DNA of 43,982 bases. It comes from a virus. A model generated the notes under the pieces. That model had not been told where the DNA came from, ran no database searches, and saw nothing but the letters and a program-made list of their open reading frames with translations. The stretch covers positions 1 to 43,982 of the IMG/VR virus record IMGVR_UViG_3300039098_000011; one strand, given 5' to 3'. A program made the position numbers and the translations under genes. Positions 39,448-43,982 of the stretch are shown here, piece after piece (the stretch's first letter is position 1; the number at the start of each line of letters is the position of its first letter).

Positions 39448-42400
39448 ATGGCAGAAGAATCTGTTTTTGATAAACTAACTTCTCTTAGTGAAAAAACAGG
39501 GGGTAAAACAGAGAGAGATCCCTTGATTAATTTTGATACTTCTATGCAAAAACTAAGGGAAGTTCAAAAGAAAAATTCTGAGGCAGCAGTCCGTGGTGCA
39601 GAGGAACTTAATCAACATTCGGCATGGGATTCTGTTCAAGCCCTAGATCTTCAAAAGAAAGAATATGAGAGTATAGATTTTCCTTTTGATGAAGAAGATC
39701 AAGCAGGTAAAAATATTGAATCTGCTAAGTCAGGAGACCTTCTAACCAGTATTCTTCCTAATCTATATACTGGTCTTGATAATAAGAGAATCTCTGAAGG
39801 TGTTACTCAGTTTGAAGAAACTACAAGAGCTATTATATCGGGGGAGGAAAAGCTTACTGAGGACAAAGGAAAAGAACTTCTTGCTATCCAAGAACGTATT
39901 AAGGGTATCTCTCGCTATTCTTTAGTTGCACAAGAGGGGAGTCTTCCAACAGTAAGTCCCTCTGCTCACGTCACTGATTATTTTTTTGGTGATATTGCTA
40001 TGGGAGCAATGAATAAAGGAGAGGTAAAAGCAGCTCAAGAATCCGCTACACAAATGGCTTTATATTCAAAAGGACTCAGCCAGAAAGAAGTTGATGAGGC
40101 ATATGCAGGAGTTAGTGGGGTAGTGCAACCGAAATATGATCTTATTGACTTGGCTGTAGATCTTTTTTCAGGTGCATTTATAGCTCGATATACTTTTACT
40201 GGTGCAGCTTTACTTTCTAAAGCTGGTCTCCAATCTATAAAATCTCTTATCTCTAAGCAAGGAGTAAAAGCAGTAACTAAAGGTATGGTTACTGACGCTC
40301 TCTGGGGTGGGATTGGTGCTGGTTTTATGACTACTGCTGATGCTCTTGGTGGGGGCACAATCTCTCAACTTATCTCTGGATTGCTTGGACCCTCTGTATC
40401 TAAAGGAGTCTTTACAGCTAGTCGAAAAGGCCTTGGATATTTTTTACAAAGTCTCAGTAAGAATAATCATACTATCTATAGGGATCTTAAAGTTGGCTTA
40501 GAAAAAGCTCCTACTAGTACTGCCGGAGATAAAATACTGGAGATCATCCGCCAGTTTGAATCTGGAGAGTTGTCGGTAACGAAGACAGATTTTATAAGTG
40601 AATCTCCCGCTGCAATTACTGCTAGGAATGCCAGAGAAAATATTGATGAAGGAGCAATAGATCATCTTTCTAAGGTAGCACTTACTGCACTGAGGGGAGA
40701 TGAAAGAGCAAGTACTCTTGCACAGAAAGCTCTTGGTACTGGAGAACTAACTCCATATACTATTATCCCTAATACCATAGATCCTAGCATTAGGGAATTA
40801 GCAACAAATGAAGATCTCTCACCGATGTTAAAAAATGTCTTTGAGATTCAGGAGACTATTGCTCTTAAGTATTTCAATGATACTTCTGTAGCGGCAGATA
40901 AACTATTTCCAGATACAGTTAAGATTTCTATTGGACTATCAGATAACTCTGTTCAGTTTGGTAATCTCTTAGGTCGGGCTGTTGATAAATTTAAAGCAGG
41001 TAAACTTGGTCTTGGGAAGAGAATCTTTCAACCAGATGCTTACTTTGGAGATCTTAGAGATCTGCTTGTAAGAATCCCTAGCAGTCTTGAGGGATTTAAA
41101 AGACAAATGATTCACCAAGGTCAAGATATTCTTGATAGTCAAGTATTTAAAAAGCTAAGTAAAGAAGAAGCAAGTGATCTTGATGACCTGTTCCGAATGG
41201 GAACTGATTTGAATGAAACTTTCTCTGTAGTTGAGGGGGGATTAAAGTCTCTCAAAACTAAAGAAATCTTCCCTGCTACTGATAAAATTATCTCTAGATA
41301 TTATAAAGGTCGTTTCTTAATGGATTACTTTTATAATGTAGCTAATAAGGTGGCAGTGGCAACCGCAAGGCAGCAAGGTTTTAAGCAACTTGATGATGGC
41401 TTCGTTATTCGGGCAGTTAAGAAAGCAAAGAAGGGGACTCCTCTTGAATTTGGTGTGACTGATATAGATGGGATAGCTTGGTCTAAAGAAATGCAGGAGA
41501 CTGGTTGGGTTGCTGCGAAGATTATTGATACTAATAACCCTAAAGCTTCTGCTAAGTTTAAATTTCTCTCTCCAGAAGAGGCAGTTCAAAGAGTAAAAGA
41601 CTTAAATGATAATATCTCTCTTGCTCCTAGACGAAAAGGATTCTCTCCTTTCAGAATTAAGAAAACTGAAAAGAAATTCTTTGTTACTAAGATCTTTAAG
41701 AATCTTGAAACTAAGGAGTATGAAGTTTCCAAAGTAGCAGGGGCTAGGGATTATACCGAAGGTTCAAAACTTGCTAGAGATCTTATGGACAGAGATCCAG
41801 AAGCTACCTATATCGCTCATCGTATGCAAGATGATACTGATATTGTAGATATCTCCATGAGTAAAAAGTTTACTAGCACTGTTCGTAAATTATCTGAAGA
41901 AGAACTTAGTTCTCTTTTATCTGCTATGAAACAAGCCGGTATTAGTGATGAAGAGATAGATGCTCTCTCTCGGTATGCTAAATCTTTTGGGTTAAATAAG
42001 AAAACTCCATTTAAAAAGAGAGGAGAAGAAAGACTTAAAGCTGCTAGAAGTATCTCAATGGCTTTAGAAAAACCAGGAGTTACAATTAAGGAAGCTGTTA
42101 AAGGTGCGGAAGAAGCAGCCCTTGAACCCACACAAGCTGCTATGTCCAGATATATAAAAGAAGTATCTTCCTTTATTAATTTTGATGCTTGGAATGATAA
42201 AGTAAGAACTACTTTTATGGAGAAGTATGGAACAGCCTTGGGCCTAGAAAGTTGGGATGAACTAATTGATCCTTCAAGGTATCTTAGAACTACTCCCCGC
42301 ATTAGAAGTTTAGCTACAGAAGCTATTGAAGCGCAAGGGCAATTAAAAAGAGCCTTTAGTATCCCTACTGCAAAAGAAGTTGAATTAAAGATTAATTGGG

Positions 42401-43982
42401 AGAACAGGGCTGATAAGTTTTATGGAACCAAGAATCTACAATTTGTAGGAACTTTTATAGATAATCATCTTATCAATATGAATCGCTATGGTATGTCAAA
42501 GGGGCTAAGATTCCTAGGAGCTACTACTAAGCTAGGACTATTTAACTTGGGACAGTTTATTGTCCAGCAAACAGCATTCTTGAATGGGGCTAAGTTTTTT
42601 GCTACAGATCCTAAGATATTGGCCGATGCTTTTTCTGACTTTAATCATGCCTATCTCCAAGCAATGGTAGGAAAGAAGTTAGGTCTTCCTTCTTCTCCAG
42701 AAGCAGATAACCTTCTTGCTCTTATCCAGAGATCAGGGTATAATACTGGGATGACTGTAGACTATGCAGATAGATTAATGTCTAATCTTTCTTCCTTTAA
42801 ACAGACTGCAAAGAATATCCCAGGGGCCGTTATACGAGCTGGTTTTAGTCCTGTGAGGGGAGGGGAAGGAGTTGGTAAAGGACTAGTTTGGTTTGCCGAA
42901 CGAAGGAATCTTATTAAAGAAATAAAAGCTGCAAAGGTCAAAGGATTTTCTTCTAAAGATATTGATAGTGATAAGTTCTTAGCATTAGTTACTATGCGGG
43001 CAGAAGGAACTGCTGGTAACTTTAGTAAGTTTAATCAAGCAGCAATGAGTCGTGGCCCAATCTCTAGTGCAGTTACACAGTTCATTCCTTTTGCCCTGCA
43101 TCAACTTGGTTTTATGAATCCTTTCGGGAAGGATAAAACTATTGGCCAGAAAGCTGCTGTATATGCAGCATGGGCTGGAGCATTTGGTCTTAAAGGTATC
43201 CCAGGATTTTGGGACTTGGCTGCTATTGGAGAAATTATTGCTTCTGAAACAGGGCATCCAGAGGCTATCGGAGCTACAAAGAGGTATCTATTAGAGACAG
43301 TTCAAAATGAAATGGGGGAGATGGGGGCAAGTCCAGAAGTAACAACTTTCTTACAAAGACAAATCACAGACGGCACTGTTACAGCGGGTACTGGCGGAAA
43401 GATTAACTTTGCTACTCGTGCTGGTACTGCCCACTTGGCTACAAATTTTATTGATGGGTTATCTTATGAGGATATCAGAGGACCAGGATTGAATACCCTT
43501 ATAGGCCTAGTTAATGGTACTGTCCAATCTCATAATCATCTTATAGCCTTATGGAATAGTGAAGAATTTAATACAGTAACCGTTGCTAAAGAACTATCTG
43601 AGGGGGCTCTTAAAGAAGTTACTGGTCCAAAGAATATTTTAAAGTCCTTCTTGCCAGCAATTAACGGGAGATTAGATCCTTCCTTTATGGATAGGATGCA
43701 ACAATTTATTGGAGTTGTCCCTGGTATTGATGTTTCTGCTAGGGAAATGAAGACAGACGCTTTTAAATATAAAAAAGCTATGAAAGATTTTGTCTGGTCA
43801 GAAGCTAAGAGAGTTGCTTCCATGTTAGATGAATCTCCAAAGACTGCAACAGCAGAGATGATTAAAGTAATGGAGAACTTAGGGAAGTTTAGTCCTCTCG
43901 ATCAACAAAGATTTTCTCGTGCGGTTATCCAAGCTTGGAAATCAAAGGCTATGCCATCAGATATTGCCGCACAATATATGTT
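39448..43982 (+). CDS. Giant internal virion / ejection protein (gp16 position); 1,524 aa once joined to 1..126
   Basis: Every codon from ATG 39448 to the window end was checked and no stop was found. It is absent from the ORF track because it runs off the window. It has Gly-rich hydrophobic segments. Confidence 0.85.
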   Translation, partial: MAEESVFDKLTSLSEKTGGKTERDPLINFDTSMQKLREVQKKNSEAAVRGAEELNQHSAWDSVQALDLQKKEYESIDFPFDEEDQAGKNIESAKSGDLLTSILPNLYTGLDNKRISEGVTQFEETTRAIISGEEKLTEDKGKELLAIQERIKGISRYSLVAQEGSLPTVSPSAHVTDYFFGDIAMGAMNKGEVKAAQESATQMALYSKGLSQKEVDEAYAGVSGVVQPKYDLIDLAVDLFSGAFIARYTFTGAALLSKAGLQSIKSLISKQGVKAVTKGMVTDALWGGIGAGFMTTADALGGGTISQLISGLLGPSVSKGVFTASRKGLGYFLQSLSKNNHTIYRDLKVGLEKAPTSTAGDKILEIIRQFESGELSVTKTDFISESPAAITARNARENIDEGAIDHLSKVALTALRGDERASTLAQKALGTGELTPYTIIPNTIDPSIRELATNEDLSPMLKNVFEIQETIALKYFNDTSVAADKLFPDTVKISIGLSDNSVQFGNLLGRAVDKFKAGKLGLGKRIFQPDAYFGDLRDLLVRIPSSLEGFKRQMIHQGQDILDSQVFKKLSKEEASDLDDLFRMGTDLNETFSVVEGGLKSLKTKEIFPATDKIISRYYKGRFLMDYFYNVANKVAVATARQQGFKQLDDGFVIRAVKKAKKGTPLEFGVTDIDGIAWSKEMQETGWVAAKIIDTNNPKASAKFKFLSPEEAVQRVKDLNDNISLAPRRKGFSPFRIKKTEKKFFVTKIFKNLETKEYEVSKVAGARDYTEGSKLARDLMDRDPEATYIAHRMQDDTDIVDISMSKKFTSTVRKLSEEELSSLLSAMKQAGISDEEIDALSRYAKSFGLNKKTPFKKRGEERLKAARSISMALEKPGVTIKEAVKGAEEAALEPTQAAMSRYIKEVSSFINFDAWNDKVRTTFMEKYGTALGLESWDELIDPSRYLRTTPRIRSLATEAIEAQGQLKRAFSIPTAKEVELKINWENRADKFYGTKNLQFVGTFIDNHLINMNRYGMSKGLRFLGATTKLGLFNLGQFIVQQTAFLNGAKFFATDPKILADAFSDFNHAYLQAMVGKKLGLPSSPEADNLLALIQRSGYNTGMTVDYADRLMSNLSSFKQTAKNIPGAVIRAGFSPVRGGEGVGKGLVWFAERRNLIKEIKAAKVKGFSSKDIDSDKFLALVTMRAEGTAGNFSKFNQAAMSRGPISSAVTQFIPFALHQLGFMNPFGKDKTIGQKAAVYAAWAGAFGLKGIPGFWDLAAIGEIIASETGHPEAIGATKRYLLETVQNEMGEMGASPEVTTFLQRQITDGTVTAGTGGKINFATRAGTAHLATNFIDGLSYEDIRGPGLNTLIGLVNGTVQSHNHLIALWNSEEFNTVTVAKELSEGALKEVTGPKNILKSFLPAINGRLDPSFMDRMQQFIGVVPGIDVSAREMKTDAFKYKKAMKDFVWSEAKRVASMLDESPKTATAEMIKVMENLGKFSPLDQQRFSRAVIQAWKSKAMPSDIAAQYM
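43897..43982. repeat. Second copy of the 86-nt end duplication
   Basis: Identical to 1..86 by direct comparison. Confidence 0.9.

Noticed and set aside
40035-43823. Five minus-strand ORFs of 90-161 aa (40035..40358, 41317..41589, 41817..42302, 42985..43257 and 43536..43823).
   Set aside because: All are antisense shadows of the continuous plus-strand 1,524-aa ORF. None has an RBS or recognisable motifs.

Overview
The window is a complete, circularly closed tailed-phage genome with podovirus-like organisation. Positions 1..86 repeat exactly at 43897..43982, so the unique length is 43,896 bp. Two divergent transcription arms leave a ~0.6-kb ORF-free, repeat-rich control region (about 22647..23205) and converge on a hairpin terminator at 2120..2147. 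The minus-strand arm (22.6 kb down to 2.2 kb) starts with a run of very small early genes, several behind near-consensus sigma70-type promoters. It continues with a T7-like replication and nucleotide-metabolism module: primase-helicase, family A DNA polymerase, SSB-like protein, PD-(D/E)XK nuclease, ThyX, dUTPase, anaerobic RNR NrdD/NrdG, HNH endonuclease and one tRNA. It ends in a holin-like/transglycosylase lysis cassette. The plus-strand arm encodes a lipoprotein, a fibre-like host-specificity protein, a candidate TerS, TerL, portal, scaffold and capsid. These are followed by gp11/gp12-like tail-tube proteins, a cupin-SET fusion and three internal-virion proteins. The last of those is a 1,524-aa ORF that crosses the circular junction and is missing from the ORF track. 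A second tail fibre closes the arm. I recognised no phage RNA polymerase, integrase or repressor. Many real genes fall below the 60-aa ORF-track cutoff. The most unusual items are listed below.
- The cupin-SET fusion sits in the virion-internal module.
- An 18 x 12-nt coding tandem array encodes AAWD-type tetrapeptide repeats.
- GC-rich patches occur in both fibre genes and in a three-gene island.
- The tRNA has anticodon UAA but a short variable loop.
- The control region is rich in iteron-like repeats.
All functional calls come from motifs read by eye and from synteny; no database search was run.
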